From Octopus bimaculoides (lineage: Eukaryota), in the NCBI RefSeq assembly GCF_001194135.2, contig NC_068992.1, forward strand, positions 6,123,151 to 6,186,680: 63,530 nt of DNA, read 5' to 3'. Under the pieces are notes generated by a model, which was given only the letters and a program-made list of their open reading frames with translations, made no database searches and had not been told where the DNA came from. Shown in pieces: positions 40,632 to 53,499 of the stretch. Each line of letters starts with the position of its first letter. Positions within the stretch are counted from its first letter, which is position 1. Position numbers and translations under genes: made by a program.

Positions 40632-42859
40632 CACACACACATACCCACATATATATGCTAACTTAAACTTCGAAGTCACTATCAACAACATTTTCATATA
40701 AAATAATATATATGCTAAAGTATATACATATATATGCGTATGTGTGTGTGCTTGCGCGTGTACATGTACGTGTGCATATGTATATATGTATATATGCATG
40801 CTGATATATATAGAGACCGCTAACATGAAATTCGAAGGCCATCCCCAGATATTGGCACATCAATGGCGATGAGGACTAGGTGAAAATATGGCTGACGGGA
40901 ATCCATAGCATTAACTGCCGCCGAGGAATGATTTGAGAAAAGTTGCGTAGACTAATGTGTTTGGATGAAACGTAACTGTGATGATTGAATATGTAAGAGG
41001 AGGAAAATGACGTAGGAGGAGAGAAAGAAAACTGTGTTTTTATCTGTGCTAAGGTAATTAGTTTTGTTGAATTCGTTTTGGCCATCACAGCCGACCGTCC
41101 GCTAGAGCATTGCTTGTACAGTGTTTGCATAATTCGACGCAACTGATACTTGACACTCATGTGCGTGTGAGTGTGTGTGTGTCTATGTGTCCTGTTGAAT
41201 GTGTGGATGCTGCGCATAATGGATCTGAATATCTTTTGAGGATGAATTTTTCTGTCTATCAATCTCCTAAATCATCTCCTTGAATTAACATGGAAGAAGC
41301 TGTATACTTCACAGATACATGCATACTTAAAATAAATCAGTGGCTTTAGTGGATCATGTGGTCTTCGGAACATATCTTTATGCCTTATACTGAATTTGTC
41401 GTAGTTTCTATTCGTCGAGCATCAAAGTTTAGAGGACTTTCACAAACAGAAATCAGTTTCAAGTTGTATACATGGAAACGCATCCACGGACATACGAACA
41501 CATACACACATGCATGCACATATATATGTATGTATGTGTATGTATATATATATATATATATATATATTGATACATGCGTGTTTGTATGTATATGTGCGCG
41601 TATGTATGAATATATTCATACAAATACTTGCACACACAAATTTATACATACATACGCACACACACACACATATGTATACATACATATATCATGTGTGAAG
41701 AAAGACCACTTACCATGTATGTGTATATAAGTAGATGGAGAGAAGTTGAGATTTACACACAGACAGAAAGAGAATATTGGCTAACAGAATGGATGTAGAG
41801 AAGTGCCAATAGCACTTTGTAAATACTCTAAAATATGTTACCAAGAAATTATTTCTAATTGGAGACCTTGCCTTCGTTTTTACCACATCTTCTACTCAGC
41901 TTATAGTCTCCAAGAGTTATGCTCTGGTGTTAAACTGGACGGCAAATTAAGTCTACCAATATTATATATCTGTGTATAGTTAAGACATTATGTATGCAAG
42001 TATTTATGTATGTATGTATTATGCTTGCATGTATGTATGTATATATGTATGTATGTATGTATGTTTGTATGTATGTATGTGTGGTATATGATAAAATAAT
42101 ATTCAAAATGATATAAATTGTATACACCACTCTCAGATAAACGCCAGTAACTATTCTCATAAATGCAATACTTTCCAATATGCCTGCCACACGAACAGTG
42201 TATCGTTAGAATCACTATAATTTATTTTTGCAGGCCAAAACCGATAAAAAAAATTTGATTATAATGATGCTAATTATATATTATTATCTTTGAACTAGTA
42301 ACAGAAACTTTAAATTGACCGCTATTTTTATGAAGCTTAACATTGAAAAATTTCTGATTTCACATATGTCATTACAACGATAGAAATTACAGAATGAGGA
42401 AGAACGGAACGGAAAATTATTTTAATCGAAGAGTAAGGAAAAATAATAATGAACAAAAATACTAAGTTTTAGTTTCTATCTTCTAAACACTAATTTATGA
42501 TCGGGTGATAAAGCTACTAAAACATCCAGTGCTACCATTAAATCTCCAGAAAAGCAACGTCAAACTATTATCACTAATAATCTTTTAAAGGATATTATCT
42601 AAAGAAAATATTTTCATTGTTCTGAGCTTACTGGATGTCTAGCGACTTCACTTTAATCCAAATATAACCCTGAGTCAACGTTAGAGCCTTTGTCAATCCG
42701 ATCGTCGTGATAGATAGAACAGCCAAATATCCCTCAAAATAGCCATTCCTGTTTATAAATCACATTAGTCGGTGATATATCTCAGAATAATCATTGATGA
42801 GAGAAACTAGAGTCGTTACGGCTGAAATGAAATATCATCAAGTAATCATGGACTTTGTC

Positions 42860-43036
42860 GACCATATTGCTTAGATACTAGTTGCTTCCTAACCATATAA
42901 TTTCGGATTGACTCCCTCCCCCTGCATGTCTCCTAGGGCCATTGTTTTTTCTTATTGCTTCCAGCCGACANNNNNNNNNNNNNNNNNNNNNNNNNNNNNN
43001 NNNNNNNNNNNNNNNNNNNNNNNNNNNNNNNNNNNN

Positions 43037-43078
<42 letters not shown>

Positions 43079-43305
43079 GTGCGTGTGTGTGTTTGCTCAC
43101 TCCTTTGCTTCGCAACCGTTGTTGGGGTTCTGACGCCCCCCCCGTAACATTAACGGTTCGAGAAAAGACACCGATCAAATAAGTACAAGGAGCATAGCAA
43201 GAAATAAGTACCGAGCTGATTCATTCGCCAAAAAATCGATCAAAGTGGTGCCTCAGCATGGCCGCAGTCTAATGACTGGAAAAAGGGAAGAATAAAATAT
43301 AAAAG
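42860..43305 (+). mobile_element. SINE family A, diverged, spanning a gap and internal (GT)n
   Basis: The head-like TAGTTGCTTCCTAACCATAT..GCCGAC precedes the gap. The 3' half CGTAACATTAACGGTTCG..CAGCATGGCCGCAGTCTAATGACTG follows it. Confidence 0.75.
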
Positions 43306-43626
43306 ATACATCGGAACTATGCCTTCAACCGAAAGAAAAAGGAAAATAGTAAGAAAAAGAAGTATATCGTATATCAGATGTTATCGATATCTCAATAGTA
43401 CTTTGAAACTACGGATGATATACAAACAGATAATTTCGGAAGAAAAAATTAATATGAAGAATCATTTCCTTGAAAAATGCAGCTGATGAACAACTGATGT
43501 AATATAAGAGCATATATGTCTGATAATAAATATCTACCTTTGGTAGCAAGCATGCTAGAATATCAGCCAATTCGGATTGAAACTAAACCTGTGATTAGCA
43601 TTAGAGTTATTTTATTTTATTTTAAG

Positions 43627-43728
43627 AAATATACATATGATAATGAAGTCTGGGATTTCATGGTTTGAATTACTGCCAACATGAGTAAGAATGGCCAGAG
43701 GCTACTCATCAAAAACGAGTTTGGACAG
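43627..43728 (+). other. Candidate 102-nt spliced exon (unverified)
   Basis: Acceptor TTATTTTATTTTATTTTAAG and donor CAG/GTAAGA. ATGs occur in GCCAACATG and AAGAATGG contexts. The peptide is not recognised. Confidence 0.25.
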
Positions 43729-44104
43729 GTAAGAAGAGTTTGAAGAATATTATTCGCAAATTAATATGACAAGGAAGGAATATATTTGTGAGTATAATTC
43801 GGTATGTAACCGTCTGCTGGTGCAAAAAGTGCTACAGTCTCTTTTTTCATATTTGAAGAATGAAATTATGGCGAATGTGAGGAATACTAAACAGTGAATC
43901 ATATACACTTGACACAGAATATACACTTCACACACATACACACACACATACACACACACACTCACTCACGCACGCATGCACACACACACACACACACACA
44001 CTCACGCACACATACATACATAGGGCATTTGGGGGTTCTCCTCTACATCTGTGAAATTTCAAATAATTGAAATCTCATTAAGTTGGTAACGTAAATATAT
44101 ATAC

Positions 44105-44235
44105 GGGCGTGTATGTAAATATATGTTGCTTCCAAACCACAAGTTTACCGGCTCACATCCAGTTCGTGACACCGTGCTTCTAAGCCGTAAGGTGTCACGA
44201 ACTGGATGTGAACCGGGAACTAAGTGTAGCTGATC
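44105..44235. repeat. Two inverted SINE-A heads forming a 26-bp hairpin
   Basis: 44148-44173 and 44191-44216 are reverse complements at 25/26 positions, with a 17-nt loop. Confidence 0.85.
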
Positions 44236-44965
44236 AGGGTTATTGTCTGCAGAAGAAAAACGTGTAAGTTGTCGCTGAGCACCTCTCAAATAATCGAGAT
44301 GTATTCCTACATCGTGTTTCGGTATACTGTCAGCCTAGAAAGAGTTCGTTTTCCATACTTATTTATGGGACTGTGAGGCGTTCTACAGGGTTTTTATTAC
44401 GACATTTTATGCATATACATGTATGTTCGTCTGTCTACATGGGTTTGCATATACATAAATTACGTAAACGTAACAGAGACATCTTAATTCTGGATCTGCG
44501 TTCTTTCAGCTACGCATAGCTTCATATCAGTTTCAGATCTAGAAACTCTAACTCACTGATGAATTCTAGATCCGAAATATTCAGCAGTTGTAGACATATG
44601 GCTAAGTTCCCATTGCTTAATTGGAAAGTGTCTCCCTGTCCAGGTTGAATAACTGTACCAGACTATATTTTCAGCCTTGTATTTTACAGTATATTGGGAA
44701 ATAACTTTAATTCCCCAATTTTCTTCTTTCTGATGTGTGTTTTCTTTTCCGGGTTTTCAACCTTTCACTTTTTACATCCGCATTTTCCTCTTTTCTTTTG
44801 CTTTTTCTCTCATCGTATTGTCCAATTTTCAGTTCGTTATAGCATGCGGGCAGTATCTGATGATTGCTCTAGGACACTAAACATGTTAAAAGGACAGTTT
44901 GGCATGATCCCAGCACAGGAAACTAATAATAGTACCTAGAAATATATACTGAGTTTATTAAATAA

Positions 44966-45000
<35 letters not shown>

Positions 45001-45600
45001 NNNNNNNNNNNNNNNNNNNNNNNNNNNNNNNNNNNNNNNNNNNNNNNNNNNNNNNNNNNNNNNNNNNNNNNNNNNNNNNNNNNNNNNNNNNNNNNNNNNN
45101 NNNNNNNNNNNNNNNNNNNNNNNNNNNNNNNNNNNNNNNNNNNNNNNNNNNNNNNNNNNNNNNNNNNNNNNNNNNNNNNNNNNNNNNNNNNNNNNNNNNN
45201 NNNNNNNNNNNNNNNNNNNNNNNNNNNNNNNNNNNNNNNNNNNNNNNNNNNNNNNNNNNNNNNNNNNNNNNNNNNNNNNNNNNNNNNNNNNNNNNNNNNN
45301 NNNNNNNNNNNNNNNNNNNNNNNNNNNNNNNNNNNNNNNNNTATATATATATATATATGTATGTATATATTAAGAAATGGAGTCAAACGCAGGTGTCATC
45401 AAAATCATTTATACTTACAACATATCTTCTGAGAAAAGCATGGAGATTATTCCGGAGGGAATAAAAATGATGTAAAACAACGCAATCATTTCTACCTTTA
45501 TAAGTACGTTCTTGGCACTTAAGTGAATTTTTGCTACCCTGGTAACTATTTATGTATTTTTCCTTGTTATTTGTGCACATTGAAAATATATACATACATA

Positions 45601-45900
45601 CTCTTTTACTCTTTTACTTGCTTCAGTCTTTTGACTGCGGCCATGCTGGAGCACCGCCTTTAGTCGAGCAAATCGACCCCAGGACTTATTTTTTGGAAGC
45701 CTAGTACTTATTGTATCGGTCTCTTTTGCTGAACCGCTAAGTTACGGAGACATAAACACAGCAGCATCGGTTGTCAAGCGATGTTGGGGGGACAAACACA
45801 GACATACAAACACATACACACATACATATATATATACATATATACGACAGGCTTCTTTCAGTTTCCGTCTACCAAATCCACTCACAAGGCTTTGGTCGGC
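45601..45900 (-). mobile_element. SINE family A, low-divergence copy truncated by a gap
   Basis: CTCTTTTACTCTTTTACTTG tail; GCGGCCATGCTGGAGCACCGCCTTTAGTCGAGCAAATCGACCCCAGG; internal (CA/TA)n; CAAGGCTTTGGTCGGC. Confidence 0.95.
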
Positions 45901-48389
45901 NNNNNNNNNNNNNNNNNNNNNNNNNNNNNNNNNNNNNNNNNNNNNNNNNNNNNNNNNNNNNNNNNNNNATATATATATATACATATATAGGTAGGTAGAT
46001 ATGTAGGTAGGTAGGTAGGTACGTAGTGATAATGATACGCAACAAGGTAGGTATGAATATATATATAAGCGTATGTGCACACATATCTATGTATGTTCAA
46101 ATATATGTGTGTGTTTATATGTACATATATTTATGTATAAATGTGTGTATATATACACACACGTACGCGCGCTACTTTAACCCTGATTTAGTGAATCGTA
46201 ACATTCATCTTTCTGAGATCCCTTAAAATACCAGTGCGATAGTACGATTCTTATGATCTTTGCATATTCTTCTGTTCCACAGATAGACATCAATATACCT
46301 GACCTTCACTCATTTTATTTCGGTTTACAGATTCGGAAAGATGCATATACACATGTGTACTATGTCTCTATAATATGAGATATATCATTAATATTTGTGT
46401 TATATCCATACACATGCTACGTCATCCTTCGGTGCTTCTTTTAATTTTAGCGTAACATTTGCCAATACAATTTATCATCAATTAACTATGTTTAAAATTA
46501 GAATGAATGAAAATTATGCAATACTCTATGCACCATATGAGATCGGATTATACACGCAACAGCTGTTATGACACCCAGTACAACGTAACTGGAGGTCAAG
46601 TATTTGGCAACTGCCAGATTAAATATATAAGCTGTCATCCGATGGGTGAGGTTCTCACAGAGAAGCCAACGGGCAACATAATTGGAAACGAGAGAAGGGC
46701 CACTAGGTTATCTGCCCTTTAAAAGTCACTTCTCTGCAGCTTTCGCTCTCTTAAAGCTTCTGATGCTAGATGGATATATATTCAATTAAAACGAAGAATT
46801 CCAATAAGATAGAGGTCAGAAAATGTAGAAAAGATTATTCCTGGTAATTCCAATCCTTAACTGGAGAAAAGACCGATATGTCAAGAATTTCAAGGTAAAA
46901 TATGTCATGATAGTTACAGTATCTTAATACGAAACATCACGTTATGGAGTGTCTAAAGATATTAGGAGGAAAAAATCTAAAGAACTTCAAATCTGGTGAA
47001 CTTAATATATTTTTTCTATTTCTTTATATTTATATTTATTATTACTAAGAAAATCAGTTGAACTATTACAGCTGTATAGAAGATGTTCCATCATTTCTTT
47101 CTTTTTCTTTCTGATTTATTTCAGAGATTCCTTGTTTTCATATGAAATCTAACAAATTGCAAAACAATAGAATAATTTTGTTTTGCTTTGTTTCTTTTTA
47201 GGAAAAAAAAATGCCCAAAAGAAAAAAATACGGATAAGCAGAAGACAGCATCAACAAATGATAGAATATTTCGGATATTTTCTAATAACAATATACAGTC
47301 TGTGCATATATATATATGTGTGTGTATGTATGTATGTATGTATGGATGGATGGATGGATGTATGGATGGATGAATGAATGAATATATGTGTGTGTGTGTA
47401 TATTGTCATAATGTTTGCGTATGTGTTTGTCTGTGTGTGCATGTGTGTGAAATGTTAGTATGCCCGTGTTTTGTTTGTAAGACTGTTGTGTGCTTACGTC
47501 GTGTATATGTTGCGGCACGTAGCTCTGTGTTGATATTTGAGCGTGTGAGCCAGTACGAATGCGTTCGCCCGCAAACATAATAAGCTAGTTCTCGGTGTTT
47601 GTATGTGTAGCCATCTTTCTTTTACTGTATTAGATTTACAATCATTCGTGGAAAATGGACTTAAAATGTGAACCAAATTTCTTTCATTCATAACAAACAC
47701 CAACGAACACAACATATCACGCACACAGACACAAACACACAAACACTCACACATACACACACACGCACGCACAGACACAAACACATAAACAAATCACATA
47801 AATACACTCACGTATTATATATTATACCACAACAGTTAGAAAGCAGTGAGATATAAACAACATTTACACAAATACAGTCACATACGGCTTCACACATATA
47901 CACACAATCAAATGCATACACGCAACGAAAGAAACACATACGTTTTTACACATTTATATACACTGGTGCACAAATACATACGCGTGTACACCACATATAC
48001 ATATGAATTATATTTCTAGTATCAGACATTCATTTAATCAGATTATGTATAATTAATGCAAATTATGTTTAAATTCATCGAAAACATAACAAAATAATGT
48101 TCGTAAACAACAATAAACATAAAACAATGTGAACTGTTGTTATTGAAAATTTTATGTTAGTAAAAATTGTAAACTCACCGATCGATATCAATTGACGGCC
48201 AAGGCAACAGATAGCATCCACTTATCTTTACTGTTCCTGATTTTGGCGATTAATCCTAAAACACTTCAGAGGATCATAGGCGGGGGTGGGGGGGATAGCT
48301 GAACCATTTTCGCCTTTGTACTAGCCTTTGTTAGGCAACGCAGTAAAAATTCTAAGGACGTAGCAAAAACAGCAGCAGCAGCAGTACTA

Positions 48390-48560
<171 letters not shown>

Positions 48561-48907
48561 AACGTCACGTTCTTGTGACAGAGAAGGTTGCATGAAGACC
48601 AATGATCGATGGCCCTCCAGCTGATCACCGACATGGTTTTTGGTTTCTCTCTCGAACTATATGTATTTCTTTTTTATTGGTTCGATCTGATGCGGGGAAG
48701 GTCGGGTCTTTGGATATCGTTTATATTTATGACAGATGCTGTTTCTCTTTGAGACAAATCGAATTTTTCAAACCAAAATTTACAACGAAGATCGATACTC
48801 ATATACCAAGAAGACATTCGGGGACCAAAATTTCCAATGTAAAATGCAACAGGATACTTGTAAAACGGAAGATATAGCACTCAAAGGTAGTGAGCAGTCC
48901 TCTAATG

Positions 48908-48990
48908 CACTGCTTCTCAAACTATCTGATGTGGCGTACCGGGAGTTTCTTTCTTTTTCCAAAGTGCCAGGGACTGGTAATATTTCTTAG
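48908..48990 (+). mobile_element. Possible hAT/Charlie-type terminal fragment
   Basis: CACTGCTTCTCAAACTATCTG resembles CAGTG(C/G)TTCTCAAACT hAT ends. No partner end was found. Confidence 0.3.
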
Positions 48991-49092
48991 TAATATAGAT
49001 TTATACAGGAAACAATATATATTATGAATATAATAAAAGTTGACGTTCTTTTTTATCTAAATATTTATTTTGTAAACAATCAGCCGCAGACA

Positions 49093-49470
49093 GGCGCAGT
49101 AATGGTTGTGTGGTAAGTAGCTTGCTTCACAGCCTTATGGCTCGGGATTCAGTCCCACTGCGTGGCACCTTGGGCAATTGTCTTCCACTATAGCCTCGGG
49201 CCCACCAAAGCCTCGTAAGTGGATTTGGCAGACGGAAACTGGAAAGAAGCCTGTCGTATGTGTGTGTTTCTGTGTCTCTGTTTGTTCCCCCACCATCGTT
49301 TGACAACAGATGTTGGTGTGTTTACGTCCCCGTAACTTAGCGGTTTGGCAAAACTGACCGATAGGATAAGTACTAGGCTTACAAAAAATGGGTCCTGGGA
49401 TCGATCTGTTCAACTAAAGGTGGTGCTCCAGCATGCCTGCAGTCAAATGACTGCTGAAACAAATAAATGA
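49093..49470 (+). mobile_element. SINE family A, full-length copy
   Basis: tRNA-like head (TGGTTGTGTGG; GGATTCAGTCCC), CORE-like GGCACCTTGGGCAATTGTCTT..AGCCTC, short internal GT tract, and 3' GGTGCTCCAGCATG..GTCAAATGACTG..AAACAAATAAA. Confidence 0.95.
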
Positions 49471-50384
49471 AAATTTGATAAGTCGTTTACTGCCTAAGAC
49501 GAAATCAGTGAAATTATGCTATTGTTTCTATCTTTTCTGCCATCACGTCGCGTACCGGCAGCTGATGGCTCGCCGACCGGCACCGGTCAACGACCAACAC
49601 TTTGAGGAGCACTGCTGTAATGCATCATCTTTCTTACTAGCCATCACAACTTTGATGTTCAGCAGAGCCAAGAAGTGGGACGAAAATGCAATACGAGTCA
49701 CCGCATGAATGGTTATGTAAAACGTGTATACACGTGATGACAATGAATTTTATGCTTCAATGAAAATATCTATGTTGTATGTAAATGCTACTGCGCACCC
49801 ACGCGTGTGTAGTTGTTGGTGTATCGGGCGGAAGAGAGAGAGAGAATGATGTGTATGTGCGGCTGAAGAATCAATTTTTCTTAACAAAGCTTTTCTTAGA
49901 AAAAATAGAAAACAAATTATTTTGTATATCCGGAAACCGTTCTATGTGGATTATAGATTTGGAAATAGGGTAAGTGTTTTGCTTTTAGATATTACGACTT
50001 CTTCCGTGAGCGACAATGTCACCGAATTTAACGTTTCTATGGATTCTTCATTCTTTAGATTTACCTATTATATTGAGCGTGTCAAAGAACTACCGAGAAT
50101 TTCCTTGGTTTGACTAAGTGTAATGTTGATCAAGCATTAACTGGATGCGTTTGCAAAATGGAATATGTCCTTCTAGGCGTCCAATTTAACTGAGCATAAT
50201 ATCACGTGCACGTCGTTACTGTTGTTGTTTTGGATGGTGATAATGATGATGATGACGACGACGACGACGGCGGCGGCGGTGGTGAAGACGGAGGCGGAGG
50301 TGGCGATAATGGTGATGATGATGGTGGTGTTGCTGTGGTGTGGTTAGTGCTGATCACGAATATATTGTGATGATGTTGATGATG

Positions 50385-50535
50385 TATTAATGTGCTTATG
50401 CTATCGTAAGTTAGTGGTTCGGCAAAGAGACTCCAATAAAATAAGTACCCGGATTTAACATAAATGTACTGAGTTCGGTTCATTCCACTAAAGGTTCCTC
50501 AGGGCGGGGCAGCAGCAGCAGCAGCAGCAGCAGCA
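50385..50535 (+). mobile_element. SINE family A 3' fragment ending in (CAG)8
   Basis: CGTAAGTTAGTGGTTCGGCAAAGAGAC..ATAAGTACC..ACTAAAGG..GGGCGGGG, then CAG repeats. Confidence 0.75.
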
Positions 50536-51089
50536 AAAGTGAGTGCCTTTGCCGTCGAGCAAAGAGTAAACAGAGAGAGATATCATGATGTCGTATTTTT
50601 CTGTCCTCACCGACAACGACAACGACGCCATTTCTCTTTCTGTCTCAATCATTCACGAAAGAGATTGACTCGTGTCGTAAATTCTCCACCATTTAACATA
50701 CTCTGTGAGCTGCAACCACGAAGGGCCGATTAGGATTTAACAAGATTATAAGTGGATGAGCTTCGAGGCACCACCCTGTAACAGACGCAAGAAATTTTCT
50801 TCATAATAAATCTGCAGTAACATGCAATAAAGTATATTACCCAAGGATTGAACCCCGGGCCTGATTTCGGAATTGGAACCATAACATCCCAGTTGACAGA
50901 CCAAGAGTATAAATAAGAAACTACGAGCATTTGCGCATGCTCTACCTCTTCCTCTCAGCTCACTTCATCAATCATTTCTACGTTTTTCTGCTATTCATGC
51001 TAAAGTGCAGCCAAACAAAACACTAATCTCTTTCAATAAGACGATAATACTTACAGAGGATTAATATATCCTCCTTATGATATTTGGTT

Positions 51090-51212
51090 TGTTGTTGTTA
51101 TTGTCGTTGTTGTTGCTGTTGTTATGATTGATGTAGCTTTTGATGCTGATGACGATGTTCATTATGATTATGATGATGAGAACAACAACGACGGCGACGA
51201 TGACGATAATAG

Positions 51213-51253
<41 letters not shown>

Positions 51254-51440
51254 GTGGTGATGATGATGGTGATGGAGGTGTTGTCGTTAGTGCTGATGGT
51301 GTTGGGGTGTTGATGCTGGTGCTAATGCTGATGGTGATGGTGATGGTGATGGTGGTGGTGGTGGCGGTGGTGTTGTTGGTGATGAAGGTGGTGGTTGTGG
51401 CGATGATGTCGATGATGGTGATCACCATTATGATCATATT
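51090..51440. repeat. (GTT)/(GAT)n/(GGT)n compound triplet field
   Basis: A pure (GAT)n core at ~51213-51251 grades into GGT variants. Confidence 0.9.
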
Positions 51441-51699
51441 ATTTTTATCGTCGAACCATGAGTAAATCTTAACCGAACATGCATATAATAAGAAGACACT
51501 TTAACAGTACACATTCGACTTCCATTCTACCAAAGTCAGCTTCCACTCTACCAGAGTTCACAGAATGTCTATTTGTTCGCTTTCATTTAATAATAGAGTG
51601 TATTGAGGTTTGGAGAAACGTCCTTCTATAAAGATTAGTTCACGATGACAAATTGACAATCACTGACAGTCATTCATGCGAAGAAGAAAAGGTCTTGCA

Positions 51700-51830
51700 T
51701 ATTTGCTCTGGTTCTGCATTTTCACATCAAATCTCGCTGGGATCAACTCTGCCCTTTATCGATTAAGGATCGATTATATTAAGTAGAATCTATGGGTAGT
51801 GAATTGGCGAAATTCGTTAGGGGGTTGTTG
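51700..51830 (+). mobile_element. Degenerate SINE family B pieces
   Basis: TCAAATCTCGCTGGGATCAACTCTGCCCTTT..GATCGATTATATTAAGTAG, then the head-like GGTAGTGAATTGGCGAAATTCGTTAG. Confidence 0.45.
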
Positions 51831-53379
51831 ATAAGCAGAAGAGTAATTGTGGCTTTTTTGCCTTCTTAGCTCTTAAAAATAAGAACTTAGTCTGTCGTTC
51901 GTTTTATGGCTACCAAGAGAAACCCCGATCCTAGGGTGTTTTTAACAGTGATAGCTTTGACGAAAACACTTGGATGTGGTCATCGATTTGAGGTTAACGT
52001 CTTAAACACTTTGGGGTAAGGATGACCCGCTAGAAGTAATAGGGAATCGGAGCGGATTTTACCACCGAGACTAAGCCGTACAAATTGGTGAAAATATGAC
52101 TTATCGTAGGTAATGACTGAGAAGAGATTTACTATCAATTAAGATAAGTGAGTGATGATTGGAGTACTGGAAGACGGCTTGTGAGTTGAAGTGTGAAAAA
52201 AGTTGTGGATGAGGACTGAGAGAGGGGTGAGGGGGAGAACAAAGAAGAATGGGAATGAACGGTTGTTAGTCAACCTGTTGTAGCTATGTAATCAGTAAGA
52301 ATATAGCCCCTATACGATGACGTGTCAGCTTATATATGGAAGTTTTATCTGCTATAGATACCAGCCAAGCCTACTTCAAATTTCATCTAAATTCATGCGA
52401 AGTGGAAACGCATATTGCCTAATGTAGTCATGCATACGTAATGACTGAGGAAACAGCGAGATATGTATATTTGGTGAGTACATACTTGAATATTGAGAAG
52501 AGAAACTCGACCAACACCGAACCCTTCTTTTCAATGAACTACCAAATAAACATCTGGCGTCTCAATTAAATTAGATAACCTGACGTGTATTTTAATTCAT
52601 GTTGCAACAGGCGGCGTGCATTTCTGTGTACGTATGTGGGTGTGTCGCATATACCTAAAGAGTATTAAAAAAATATTTGTAGCGGTCATTATTTTTGGAA
52701 AGGAAATGTTATCTGTACGTAGATGATAGATAAATTTATATTAAATATCATAGAAATATATACAAAACCCGACAGGGCTAAGTTCGAAAAATCTAATAAC
52801 AGCCTTAAAGTATTTTAGAGGTAATTCTACCAACATTTTACAGCAATGGTAGATTGTAGGATAGCATTTTGTGAACCATTAAAGAAAATATATTACACTA
52901 TGACAATACTTAAGCATGTTATTTCAACATGTTAGTTTCTAAGACATTCTTCAGCAAAATGTCCTACAAGATACAGTTTTTATATACAACATATCTGCTG
53001 CAATCGATGTAAAGAGCATGAAATTAGATTTTGTCTCTATTGGAATTGGTCATAAATAGAAAATGGTGGTAGTTGCTAAAATGAAATAAACCTATTATAT
53101 AGAATCTACATGTTCTTTTTAGAAAGGAAATTCCTATCAAACGTATGTGAAATTTACCAATTCTAAAGTGATAAGTAACGGAAATTGGAAAGTTCAATAA
53201 ATTCAGCTATCTCGAAATAGATCACTGAAATTTTAGGAAATCACAGCTTTCTGCAGTCTCAATTCCATTTCAACTCATTTACGTGTATTTAATTGAACTG
53301 AGGGAAGATGCTTCTTCGGGTTCTCTAACTTCATATGTGTGAAGTGAGTGGTGAGATAAAATGACGCTATTCACATTGC

Positions 53380-53499
53380 CTTCAATATGCTAAATTCTAA
53401 AATAAAATTCTGCCATGTTCCTCAGAGATATGACTCATACTTCAACATGCTAAATTCCAAAATAAATTTCTTCCACATACCCCAGGGTTATTAAGCATA
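53380..53499. repeat. 60-bp tandem duplication
   Basis: CTTCAATATGCTAAATTCTAAAATAAAATTCT at 53380 and CTTCAACATGCTAAATTCCAAAATAAATTTCT at 53440. Confidence 0.85.

Noticed and set aside
48178-48254. Minus-strand exon candidate ending at a strong TCG/GTGAGT donor
   Set aside because: All three frames contain stops and the acceptor is weak.
48281-48297. G-run cluster as a G-quadruplex
   Set aside because: There are only two long G runs plus GG, so it is not a canonical four-tract motif.
49922-50113. ORF with NVT/NVS sequons after an acceptor-like TTTTAG
   Set aside because: No recognisable homology, and the adjacent GTAAGT is too close to form an intron.
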